Origin: a virus
Strand: one strand, 5' to 3'
Virus record (IMG/VR): IMGVR_UViG_3300046820_002137
Span: 56,574-120,573 of that record
DNA: 64,000 bases
Positions 46,392 to 55,131 of this stretch are shown here, piece after piece (position 1 is the first letter of the stretch; each line of letters opens with the position of its first letter). The notes beneath the pieces are model-generated. The model saw only the letters and a program-made list of their open reading frames with translations. It searched no databases and was not told the origin of the DNA. The position numbers were made by a program, and so were the translations under genes.

Positions 46392-49307
46392 TTTATCTTC
46401 CCACCCATCATCGGCCAATTCGTACATGTAATCAGGATGTAATCCTCTTTTTTCCCAATATCTCATTTCAGGTTCTGATATTGTCAAAACTTCCTCTAAT
46501 GTATCTTGGTCTCCCTTCTCAAACGGTAAACCATTAATCAATTCTGATTGGTCTTTGGTAAAGAACATTCTGTCCTCAGGATTATCCACAATCAAACCAT
46601 CACGTACTTCTTCTTTAAAAACAACCAACAACGGTTCGATACGTTTGTTAAATGTTGCTATCGCTCTCGGTACATTATAATCACCTGTCATTTCAGGATT
46701 GTTTTCTAATTCACTTGGGTCGAGACGATAACAATTAAGTTGAACTACTGAACCAACGATATCTGAAAACGCTATTTGATATGCCAAGTCTGTTGGTCTT
46801 CCTGTATTGGCTTCCTTATTTGTTGCATCGCTACGGACCCAGTTATCCTCACCCCAAGATTGTTCCCATCCATTTTTTTGTAAAAATTTTACCTTTTCTT
46901 TTCTATTTTCATTAGTTTTGAAATGTAAATCTAATTGTTCTTGGGACCACCCTTTTTTAGGTTTATTGACCTTTTGAACATCCCCGTGTGACGCTTTTAA
47001 TCCATTATTAACATAATAAATTACATCACCAAGATTAACCGCAATCCCATCTCGGATTGCAAGTTCCATATGGGCCATTCTTGAGTTTTCATTACCCGCC
47101 TTTGTTTTTTCTTTAGAACGTTTGATATAATCCTCAATACTCAACTTAACTTTGGCTCGTTGAGCAATTTTCATGAGTGGAATTTGTTTGTCATAAATTT
47201 TCTGAACATATTCATAATACCACTCGATAAACTCCTGACCCTTACCTTCGAGTAACTGTTTAACTCCTTTATCCAAAAATGTCTCAATATAAAGTGGGAG
47301 TTTCTTTGACTTAATTGTGTTACCCGTGAGTTTAATCTTACCCTTGGCATCCATAACCGCATAATTCTTACGAGCGAGATTAATACAAGATGGCCAAGTA
47401 CCGTCAGTATCTAATGCCATTTCACCTCTCATGAATGTATCGTTAAACTCGGCAACATCCGCATCGTCTCCACGATATTCTTTACCTTCCTTAACTTTCC
47501 AGTTTAAACCTTTACCGATATAAACTCTATCCTCCACACCATCAGGTTTTGAAAAGTTTACACCATCCGTATCCATTACAAGTGGGGTATAACCTTTCTT
47601 CATAAAGAACTTAATCATCATACGAAGATATTGTCTACCTGTACAAGTAATTTGTTCTCCCATGTACATATCACCCCATGCAAATACTTGTGGGGCCGAC
47701 AAAGCTCCGAACATTGAGTTGATGAAAATCTTAATCGGAAGTTGTTTACGGTCATACTTTAAAGATGTTTTTTTATCTTTATCATACCACTCGGCCGCCA
47801 AGTTCTTATACATGATACGAGAATTACGGAAGTAAGATAACATACCCTTCATTGCGCCTGTAATATCACAATCAGGAAACACATCGTGAACAAGTTGGAT
47901 TGAAGGATAAAGTGACGAGTAGTCAAGCTTTAATACTTTTGTAGAATAACCAACCTTTAAAAGTCGAGACAATCCGCCAACAAAGTCCGTCTTTGATTGT
48001 TTCTTTGGAATTGCAAGTTTGTATTTATAACTCCACGCGAGCATAAGCATTTTCCAAAGTGTTGCTGTACCCATAGTGGATACCCTCTCATATGTTGTTG
48101 GTACAAGGGATGCAAGTAGGAATGTACCCTGATTAAATTCTTCATCAACAAGTAGAGTTTCCTCCAAGTCATCATCGAGATATCTCTCTACAATATCATC
48201 ACCTGTTGTCTTAATATAAACACCAGGAAATCTTGTGTCTAAATTATCGAACTCAGGATTATTTGCTTTCTTGTATTTTCCGTTTTTAATGTTTAACCAA
48301 TATTCTTCCTTTTTGGCATACATCGGACCAATCTCAGTATGGTCAATATAAACTCGGTCTTCGGATTCGGCATCAATATATTGGGTAATATATTTCAAAC
48401 CAGCTGACTTGATACTTGAATTAATGGCTTGAGCTCTCCTTACCGAGTGGATAATATCAATTACATTATAACCCCACATTCCAACTTGGTTATACCTCTC
48501 AACTTCGTTGGCAAGTTTAAGTAAGTTCTCACTTTCTTTAATTGTATGTTTTGGGTTAAGTGTTTTACAAATTCTTTTAATATCAAGATTAAGAGCCTTA
48601 CATCTCTCAAATATCCAATACCAGTCGAAGTTCGCGGAATTGTAACCTCCTAAAATACTTGGTTTTAATTCATCTATAATGTTGAAGAACTCTACAAGTC
48701 CTCGTCTCTCCTCGTCCTCATTAGAACACTCAATTACTTTTTGGTATCCTTTATTTGTCTTAATACCTATCATGAAGATACGACCGTCTTTTGGTTCGAG
48801 TGCGGTCGTCTCTAAGTCGAATACAAACCTAGTGATGTCATTGTATTCGTCGTATCCTTTGAATAATCTTTTTTCTCGTGAGATAAGATACTGTTCGGTG
48901 GGAGGTAATACTAAAATTAGGTCTTTTGTCCTTTCACCCCAAGGGTCAGCACCTCCGTCACGAAAGAACTGTATTAAAGAACGATAACCCTTTAAGGATT
49001 TGACCATATACTTTAATCCTTCTTCCATTCGGTCATTATCACCCGTCTCAAGTTTTTCAATCATAATTCCATACTTGGACATGGCTTCTTTCTGTAAAGC
49101 CTTTGATGATTGATAAAAATTTAAACCTCGTAAATCTCCTACCCACGCAAACGCAACGAATGTGTCTTTTTTGATTTCTTTACCTTTACCAGGTACTTCT
49201 TTGATTTTGTATATAGAATCTGAAACATAATCAAATTCTATGGCAACGATGTGCTCTTCGGGGTCGTTTCCTTCTAGAAACGATTTGATTTCTTCTTGAC
49301 TTGTCAT
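46368..49307 (-). CDS. DNA polymerase family B with 3'-5' exonuclease
   Basis: ExoI FDLET, ExoII GYNSANFD, region II DYSSLYPS, region III K.FINSMFG, region I MDTDG. Confidence 0.95.
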   Translation of the reverse strand: MTSQEEIKSFLEGNDPEEHIVAIEFDYVSDSIYKIKEVPGKGKEIKKDTFVAFAWVGDLRGLNFYQSSKALQKEAMSKYGIMIEKLETGDNDRMEEGLKYMVKSLKGYRSLIQFFRDGGADPWGERTKDLILVLPPTEQYLISREKRLFKGYDEYNDITRFVFDLETTALEPKDGRIFMIGIKTNKGYQKVIECSNEDEERRGLVEFFNIIDELKPSILGGYNSANFDWYWIFERCKALNLDIKRICKTLNPKHTIKESENLLKLANEVERYNQVGMWGYNVIDIIHSVRRAQAINSSIKSAGLKYITQYIDAESEDRVYIDHTEIGPMYAKKEEYWLNIKNGKYKKANNPEFDNLDTRFPGVYIKTTGDDIVERYLDDDLEETLLVDEEFNQGTFLLASLVPTTYERVSTMGTATLWKMLMLAWSYKYKLAIPKKQSKTDFVGGLSRLLKVGYSTKVLKLDYSSLYPSIQLVHDVFPDCDITGAMKGMLSYFRNSRIMYKNLAAEWYDKDKKTSLKYDRKQLPIKIFINSMFGALSAPQVFAWGDMYMGEQITCTGRQYLRMMIKFFMKKGYTPLVMDTDGVNFSKPDGVEDRVYIGKGLNWKVKEGKEYRGDDADVAEFNDTFMRGEMALDTDGTWPSCINLARKNYAVMDAKGKIKLTGNTIKSKKLPLYIETFLDKGVKQLLEGKGQEFIEWYYEYVQKIYDKQIPLMKIAQRAKVKLSIEDYIKRSKEKTKAGNENSRMAHMELAIRDGIAVNLGDVIYYVNNGLKASHGDVQKVNKPKKGWSQEQLDLHFKTNENRKEKVKFLQKNGWEQSWGEDNWVRSDATNKEANTGRPTDLAYQIAFSDIVGSVVQLNCYRLDPSELENNPEMTGDYNVPRAIATFNKRIEPLLVVFKEEVRDGLIVDNPEDRMFFTKDQSELINGLPFEKGDQDTLEEVLTISEPEMRYWEKRGLHPDYMYELADDGWEDKLIQFESV

Positions 49308-49384
49308 AATTGATTGGTTTATTGGCTGCCGCGAAATTACGACATTTACCTTTGTATCAATTATAAGTATTTCTTAATTAAAAA

Positions 49385-50014
49385 TCAAAGTTGTTGGAAA
49401 TACTTTTGTATTCTTTGACTTAATCTAACTCTTGGGTCATTTTCATTTCGACCCGTGACATTATACGGAACAATAAAACCAAAACTTAAAAAAACTCTTC
49501 TTGAATTAAATTCATTTGTCCAATGTTTGTAAAGAGAAGCTTCAAATCCATAAAGGTCTCGTTGTTCAACGGGGACATATGTTTTATCAATGTGTAGATT
49601 ATAATCTTCAGATAAAACACTAACATTACATTTGTAATTTATATGTCCTTCGATTGATGCATCGTAATGTGGGTCAATTTTTCCACCCTTATTCATATCA
49701 ACCGCCTGTAAGAACATATGTTCTTTTGGTAATTTAATTGTTTTAGAAATTCTATCTATGATATTAATAATAAAGTCGGGGACGGGTTCTTTTTTAACCT
49801 CACCCACCGACTGAAAATTTGTTATATAATTTGTATATTCTGTTTGAGAAATATCAAAAATATATGAATTACCATTAAGGGTTTTTGAAAGTTCTGCCAA
49901 ATGGTGATTTGCTTTAAATTCTTGATTATTTAAAGTATCAATCCATTTTAATATGTCATTAACTTCTTTATGACTTATAAAATTTTTAATTATTTTATAA
50001 TCTTCAGACCCCAT
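49385..50014 (-). CDS. 2OG-Fe(II) dioxygenase (prolyl-hydroxylase-like fold)
   Basis: IIKNFIS..E N-terminus, GGKIDPHYD (HxD), distal KH, RRVFLSFG (2OG-binding R). Confidence 0.75.
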   Translation of the reverse strand: MGSEDYKIIKNFISHKEVNDILKWIDTLNNQEFKANHHLAELSKTLNGNSYIFDISQTEYTNYITNFQSVGEVKKEPVPDFIINIIDRISKTIKLPKEHMFLQAVDMNKGGKIDPHYDASIEGHINYKCNVSVLSEDYNLHIDKTYVPVEQRDLYGFEASLYKHWTNEFNSRRVFLSFGFIVPYNVTGRNENDPRVRLSQRIQKYFQQL

Positions 50015-50238
50015 TTGTTAAGAAACTCTTTTGGACCTATTTCTAATTCCATAATAGATAAGTTTTTCTTATCGTAAATGGCTCTCATCTTTGATTCCTC
50101 TCCCGCCATTGAACAAAACCAATGTGTTGCCGGTTCTTCCCCTGTTGGGGATACTGGAATTTTCATTACGTTTTTAGTAACCCAAGATTCTCTTACTTGT
50201 TCTACTTTATCATTTTCTGTTAAAATATTAATTCTCAT
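49990..50238 (-). CDS. hypothetical protein (82 aa)
   Basis: Tightly packed between fibre and oxygenase genes; SPTGEEPATHW segment. Confidence 0.6.
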   Translation of the reverse strand: MRINILTENDKVEQVRESWVTKNVMKIPVSPTGEEPATHWFCSMAGEESKMRAIYDKKNLSIMELEIGPKEFLNKWGLKIIK

Positions 50239-50242
50239 TTTA

Positions 50243-52726
50243 TTATGGATTATATGGTCCGTTTATGTTTGTTGAGACGTACCAAGTTACTGTGTCCCAA
50301 TCTAAAGTTGTTATAACATCATATCCGTCTCTTGTTTTTTGGATTGTGCAATTTGCCGTTGTATAAACAAGTGGTTCATCTGAAACAGAATCGACTGTTA
50401 TTACTAAATCTTCCGCTCCGTCAAACTGAACCGCACTTATAGTAATTTGGTCTCCAACTAAATATTCAGTTCCCGCAGATAATATTGTTACAGTAGTTAC
50501 AATATTACCTGAAACAGTTACCTCAAATTCCGCACCTGTTCCGTGACCTGTTGTAGTTGTTTGCGTCACAGAAAAAGTTGAATCTGTTGCCCCACTTGGA
50601 GTGGTATTAGAAATTGTTACTACGTTTCCTTGAAGGGTTGTGAAATTAATATTGTTAAGTCCGTTAACCTTAACATCGTTTAATTGAAAATAGTATCCGA
50701 CCGTATTATTTGCAAAATTATCCTCAACGTAGTTATTATAAAAATACTCACCAATATTGTTGTCATAGAAATTATTTCCGATTCTATTACCTCTATAACT
50801 TCCTCCACCAAAACCAAATCCATCCCCAACTTCATTACTAAAAAAACCAATTCCAATAGTATTGTATCTAAATTGTCCTTTACAAGTATTCAGAGCGAAA
50901 AAATCACCGAAAGTATTATTCGTTACATCTCCACTAAAAACGTTAGCGGCACATCCGAATGCGACGTTATTATTGTCAAAATCAGCAAAAGTTTCGTTTC
51001 CTTTAAAATCGGTTTTAATTGTGTTATTCTGAAAACCTTTACGAATATTGTTACCTTTAAAATTGTTCATTATTTCGTTACTTACGAAATTATTATCCCC
51101 CATATCCTCAGAGTTACCTATAGTACAAGTATTGAAATCATTCATTATTGTATTGTTAGCAAAAACACTGTAAATGTTATTTTGATAAAAATCATTTAAA
51201 ATGTTATTATTATTAAATGTTACTCTAATTGTATTACTATTAAAATTATACCCGATTCTATTAAACTCAAAATCTCCTGACCCAATATTCGTACTATCAC
51301 CTATTGTACTATTCTCAAAATAGTCACCAATAATATTGTTTTCAAATCTTGCATATGTTGTAATACCATTATATCCGTTTCCGATTAAATTACCAATAAA
51401 GTTTGAATAAACATTATTATTATTATATCCGTTTCCAATATCGTTTTTATAGAAATCATCATAAATGTTATTATTATTAAATTGATTTCCTATCTCATTA
51501 TTTTGAAAGTCTCCATTAGTCCAAACATTATTTTGAAAGTCATTTCCAATATTGTTTCTGTAAAAAGACCCTCCGAGTAAAATATTAAAATCAAAATCAC
51601 TACCAATTCTATTATTGTTAAAATTAGCCGTGATATAATTGTTATTAAAAAAATCTCCAATTATATTTCCATCAAAATCATCATTTGTTGAGTTATTATA
51701 AAATCTATCACCTATTTGATTACTGTCACAATCATCATTAAATGTGTTATTATAAGAACCATTTCCAATTCTGTTATTAAGGAATGAACCCGATATAAAC
51801 ACATTATTTGCCAATAAAAATTCTCCGGTATTGTTTTCTAAATATAGATTGGCTTGGTCACCGATATAGTTATTTACTACAGAACTATCCACCAATGCAT
51901 CTCCAAATGTTGTGTATTCATTAAATTCATTTGCTCTTACATTTGGTTGGTGATAACTCATTATACCATCGTCAGATGCGGAATAATAAGGAGCACTATC
52001 AGTTCCACTTATTGTTACACCTGATATAATTGCTAAAGAATCACTATCAACTGATATAACTTCGAAAAACGCGGGATTTAAATTTGGTATCGCAATAATT
52101 GACCCGCTTGAAATATTAGAATTAAATGTAGTACCTGTGTTACCGTACAATATACCAGTAGTTCCTGTAATACCACTTATTCCTATAAGTCCCGCTAGTG
52201 GACTATTTTCATTATATGAATATCCTCGATATCTTTTGAACAAAATAGTTCTGTGGTCATAGTCAGTTCTGTTATTAAAATTATCAATTCTTTCAGTAAT
52301 TCTACCAAATGCAGGTCCCGCAGTATGTTCAGTTGAGTTAAAACTATAGTCGTATTTTATTTTATCAAATGGAAATTCAGGTTGGAATGCATCTATAGAT
52401 ATAGTATTTGCAGACGTTGCCAAAACAACAATAGGTGATACAGTATCGGCGCTTTTATATATTCCCGTAGTAATTGGGTCTTTTACATTATTATAATCTG
52501 GCTGGTCATAACAAGTTCTAAAGTCGGTTATGACATAATAACTTCCCGTGTTTAATGTCTCACCAGTAATTTTATCAACAAATTCAGAGTAAGTTACCTC
52601 AACTGTTGAGTTAGAAGTTATAGCCGAAATTGCTCCTTGATATGTTGTCCCTTCATCAACAAATGGAAATATACTTGTTGAATTTGGGGTACCTAAAGGT
52701 AATTCTGAAATTTTTACGTTAGCCAT
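50243..52726 (-). CDS. tail fibre/spike-like protein with Asn-rich beta-solenoid repeats (827 aa)
   Basis: MANVKISELP N-terminus; many F-x-x-N-x-I-G-N repeats of about 9 aa; C-terminal GTGAEFEVTV...G..Y.VGD.ITI module. Confidence 0.7.
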   Translation of the reverse strand: MANVKISELPLGTPNSTSIFPFVDEGTTYQGAISAITSNSTVEVTYSEFVDKITGETLNTGSYYVITDFRTCYDQPDYNNVKDPITTGIYKSADTVSPIVVLATSANTISIDAFQPEFPFDKIKYDYSFNSTEHTAGPAFGRITERIDNFNNRTDYDHRTILFKRYRGYSYNENSPLAGLIGISGITGTTGILYGNTGTTFNSNISSGSIIAIPNLNPAFFEVISVDSDSLAIISGVTISGTDSAPYYSASDDGIMSYHQPNVRANEFNEYTTFGDALVDSSVVNNYIGDQANLYLENNTGEFLLANNVFISGSFLNNRIGNGSYNNTFNDDCDSNQIGDRFYNNSTNDDFDGNIIGDFFNNNYITANFNNNRIGSDFDFNILLGGSFYRNNIGNDFQNNVWTNGDFQNNEIGNQFNNNNIYDDFYKNDIGNGYNNNNVYSNFIGNLIGNGYNGITTYARFENNIIGDYFENSTIGDSTNIGSGDFEFNRIGYNFNSNTIRVTFNNNNILNDFYQNNIYSVFANNTIMNDFNTCTIGNSEDMGDNNFVSNEIMNNFKGNNIRKGFQNNTIKTDFKGNETFADFDNNNVAFGCAANVFSGDVTNNTFGDFFALNTCKGQFRYNTIGIGFFSNEVGDGFGFGGGSYRGNRIGNNFYDNNIGEYFYNNYVEDNFANNTVGYYFQLNDVKVNGLNNINFTTLQGNVVTISNTTPSGATDSTFSVTQTTTTGHGTGAEFEVTVSGNIVTTVTILSAGTEYLVGDQITISAVQFDGAEDLVITVDSVSDEPLVYTTANCTIQKTRDGYDVITTLDWDTVTWYVSTNINGPYNP
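50680..51810 (-). repeat. coding tandem repeat, about 9/18-aa N-x-I-G-N/D-x-F units
   Basis: For example FNNNRIGSDFDFN, FYRNNIGNDFQNN, FQNNEIGNQFNNN. Confidence 0.8.
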
Positions 52727-52775
52727 TTTTAATTTTATTTATAAATATCTTTTATTTTTTTGATTAATTTTTTAT

Positions 52776-55085
52776 TTAACAAGGTCCTGTAAATGTGAGA
52801 GGGAAGTCACAATCGAATGCTACTGAACCACCAGGTCCTGTTAATACGTATGTGTAAGTTCCGTTAGATGACACTTGACCAACAATACTTGTTGCAAGAT
52901 GAATATCTGTAATAGTATCACCAACCTGTATTTGTAAAGTTTCTGAAGTTTCGGTTAATTGTAATGTGTTAGAATTTATGGATGTTCCTCCATCCCACAG
53001 AGTTGGAACAACAATATTTCTTTGACAATTAGGGGTTATTGTTGGTGTTGGAGTTATTGTAGGTGTCACTGTTTCGGTTGGTGTTGGAGTTGGAGTTGGT
53101 GACGGTGGGGGTGGAGTTGGCCATGAACGAACATTTGTTAATAAAATTTGTATTTTTGCCGTCTGACTAGCTGAATCAGTTTCAAACCAAGTTGTTCCAC
53201 TATTAGGCGTTTGCCATCCATATGTGTTTGGAACCGCATTTGGATAAGCCGGTGATATAAAATTAAGAACAGGGTATAAATCTTGGCTGGCAGGGGAACC
53301 CTCAACTCCATAAGGTCTCTTTCTAACATAATAACTTCTTGTTCCCGCATCAACACTAGGGGAGTTTCCGAAATATGTTGGACCACCAGTGTGGAATGTT
53401 GTTGTATATCCCAACTGAACTTGTCCAACTTGATTCCAAGATTCTGCAATAAATCCTACCACGTAATAACCTGTCGGTATTGTTAAAGGAGTATTCGCAT
53501 CCACAGTTCCAAAAGTTGTAGTTAAGAAACCTGTTGCCAAATCTCTAGTGTTAATCTGATTATCATCGTTACCAATTTTTATAACACCATCCACATTATC
53601 AAAAACTGAATCATATTCTTCTTTTGTAATTTTAACCCAATCATTTTCGGTCGCTGCGGTATATTGACTAAAATTTGTAGTCATTTGGTCTTCTAAGGCA
53701 TCATAGGTTGGGTCAACATCATAAGACGGAGCTATGTTTGCCCCTGAATCCAAGAATACACTAATTGATGATGTTGCAGCGGTTGAGGTAAATGACGCAC
53801 CATAATAATTCCAACCAGCAAAAGTATATCCAGGTTGTGGAACTGCCGTAATATCATAATTTTGATTCTTAACAAGATTTACAGTTGTCTGTGAAGTATA
53901 TGTAACCCCGTCAAGTATAATTGATTGTCCTCCACTAATTTCTTGAATATAGAGTGTAAGCGGTACAGGAGGAATCGGAGAAGTTGATGGAGTTACTGTT
54001 GGTGTTGGTGTCGGTGTTTCTGTATTTGTAGGAGTTTGAGTTGGTGTTTCGCTACTTGTTGGCGATGGAGTTTCAGTATTTGTAGGAGTTGGGGTTAGTG
54101 TACTAGTTATTGATGGTGTTGGAGTTGGGGTTACACAAGGATTAAACTCAGAAACAATATAATTTCCATCCTCTGTAATTATTAAATTACCTATTTCATC
54201 TGTTAAAAACTCAGCACATGGATTTGTTGGGGTGATAGTTGGAGTTGGTGTTGTAGTCGGTGTTGGAGTTATTTTAAAAATAACGCTTTCATTTGTTGTA
54301 AAAAACGAAGAGTATTGTGGTGGGTTTACTGAAATTCCACTAAAATATGTCTGTGTCGTTAATGTACTAAAATCATCATCTAATGTTATTGTTAATATAC
54401 TTGAAGTTGAACCTTGGTTCAGTGTTAGACCTGTTGTGATTATTATTGGACTTCCTGTTGTTTCTAAAATATGGTTAAAATCCATATTTATTTCGGTAAA
54501 CACGGGAATATTAGATACTAAATTATATGTAACAACTATGGAGCCACTAGATATTACTGAAAATAAATTCAAGTCAATAACCAAATTAGGTGTTAAACTT
54601 GGTGTTATTGTTGGCGTTGGGCTCGGTTCAAAAGAAGGACACGGTGGACAAATAGAATTCGTAGGAAAATCAACACAACATGGAAAATCAGATACGTAAC
54701 AGTTATTATATAATAAATCATCCGCAATAAATGATTCTTGTATATTAATAAATAACTTTTCTCTAATTGGTAAAATTAGAACCCCTTCAGAGCTTCGGAC
54801 CATAAATTGGCCCTCATATCTACCCTCGTCTTTAGTATCGGTTGAAGTGAATTGATAATATATATAGTATTCGGGTTCCGCATTAGGGTCATCAAATGTT
54901 TTTTCGACAATTCCTGCCGGTCTTGAGGTAAACTTAGGAATTCCAGTTTCCGTGTCCACCATTGAGAAATAAAGTGACGCAACCTCAATTAATTTCATGA
55001 AGTTGTTATAGTCACTTCTACCGTCTTTAACAACTTGTAATTTTAAAAGTGGAAGGGTTGCGTTTTTCTTTATAAAGAATTCCAT
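52776..55085 (-). CDS. virion protein with BppU-like N-terminal domain and Pro/Thr mucin-like linkers (769 aa)
   Basis: FFIKKNATLP...YIYYQF..TDT..GRYEGQF anchor domain; four (PT)n tracts separating globular domains. Confidence 0.7.
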   Translation of the reverse strand: MEFFIKKNATLPLLKLQVVKDGRSDYNNFMKLIEVASLYFSMVDTETGIPKFTSRPAGIVEKTFDDPNAEPEYYIYYQFTSTDTKDEGRYEGQFMVRSSEGVLILPIREKLFINIQESFIADDLLYNNCYVSDFPCCVDFPTNSICPPCPSFEPSPTPTITPSLTPNLVIDLNLFSVISSGSIVVTYNLVSNIPVFTEINMDFNHILETTGSPIIITTGLTLNQGSTSSILTITLDDDFSTLTTQTYFSGISVNPPQYSSFFTTNESVIFKITPTPTTTPTPTITPTNPCAEFLTDEIGNLIITEDGNYIVSEFNPCVTPTPTPSITSTLTPTPTNTETPSPTSSETPTQTPTNTETPTPTPTVTPSTSPIPPVPLTLYIQEISGGQSIILDGVTYTSQTTVNLVKNQNYDITAVPQPGYTFAGWNYYGASFTSTAATSSISVFLDSGANIAPSYDVDPTYDALEDQMTTNFSQYTAATENDWVKITKEEYDSVFDNVDGVIKIGNDDNQINTRDLATGFLTTTFGTVDANTPLTIPTGYYVVGFIAESWNQVGQVQLGYTTTFHTGGPTYFGNSPSVDAGTRSYYVRKRPYGVEGSPASQDLYPVLNFISPAYPNAVPNTYGWQTPNSGTTWFETDSASQTAKIQILLTNVRSWPTPPPPSPTPTPTPTETVTPTITPTPTITPNCQRNIVVPTLWDGGTSINSNTLQLTETSETLQIQVGDTITDIHLATSIVGQVSSNGTYTYVLTGPGGSVAFDCDFPLTFTGPC
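53965..54272 (-). repeat. Pro/Thr low-complexity coding repeats (TPTPTNTETP units); further tracts at about 53030-53120 and 54585-54630
   Basis: Repeated ggtgttggagtt-type hexamers. Confidence 0.9.
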
Positions 55086-55131
55086 TAATCTATTTTACTT
55101 TATAAATATTTCTTTTTATAAAATAGATTAA

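Noticed and set aside
46740-46975. Intein in the DNA polymerase
   Set aside because: No C/S start with HN-C/S/T end, no LAGLIDADG motif, too short
50680-51810. Diversity-generating retroelement template (AAC/AAT-rich region)
   Set aside because: Asn richness is explained by the beta-solenoid repeat; no reverse transcriptase or TR/VR pair seen in the window
53030-54630. Short repeated DNA units resembling a CRISPR array or satellite
   Set aside because: Degenerate at third codon positions, encode Pro/Thr tracts in frame, no unique spacers
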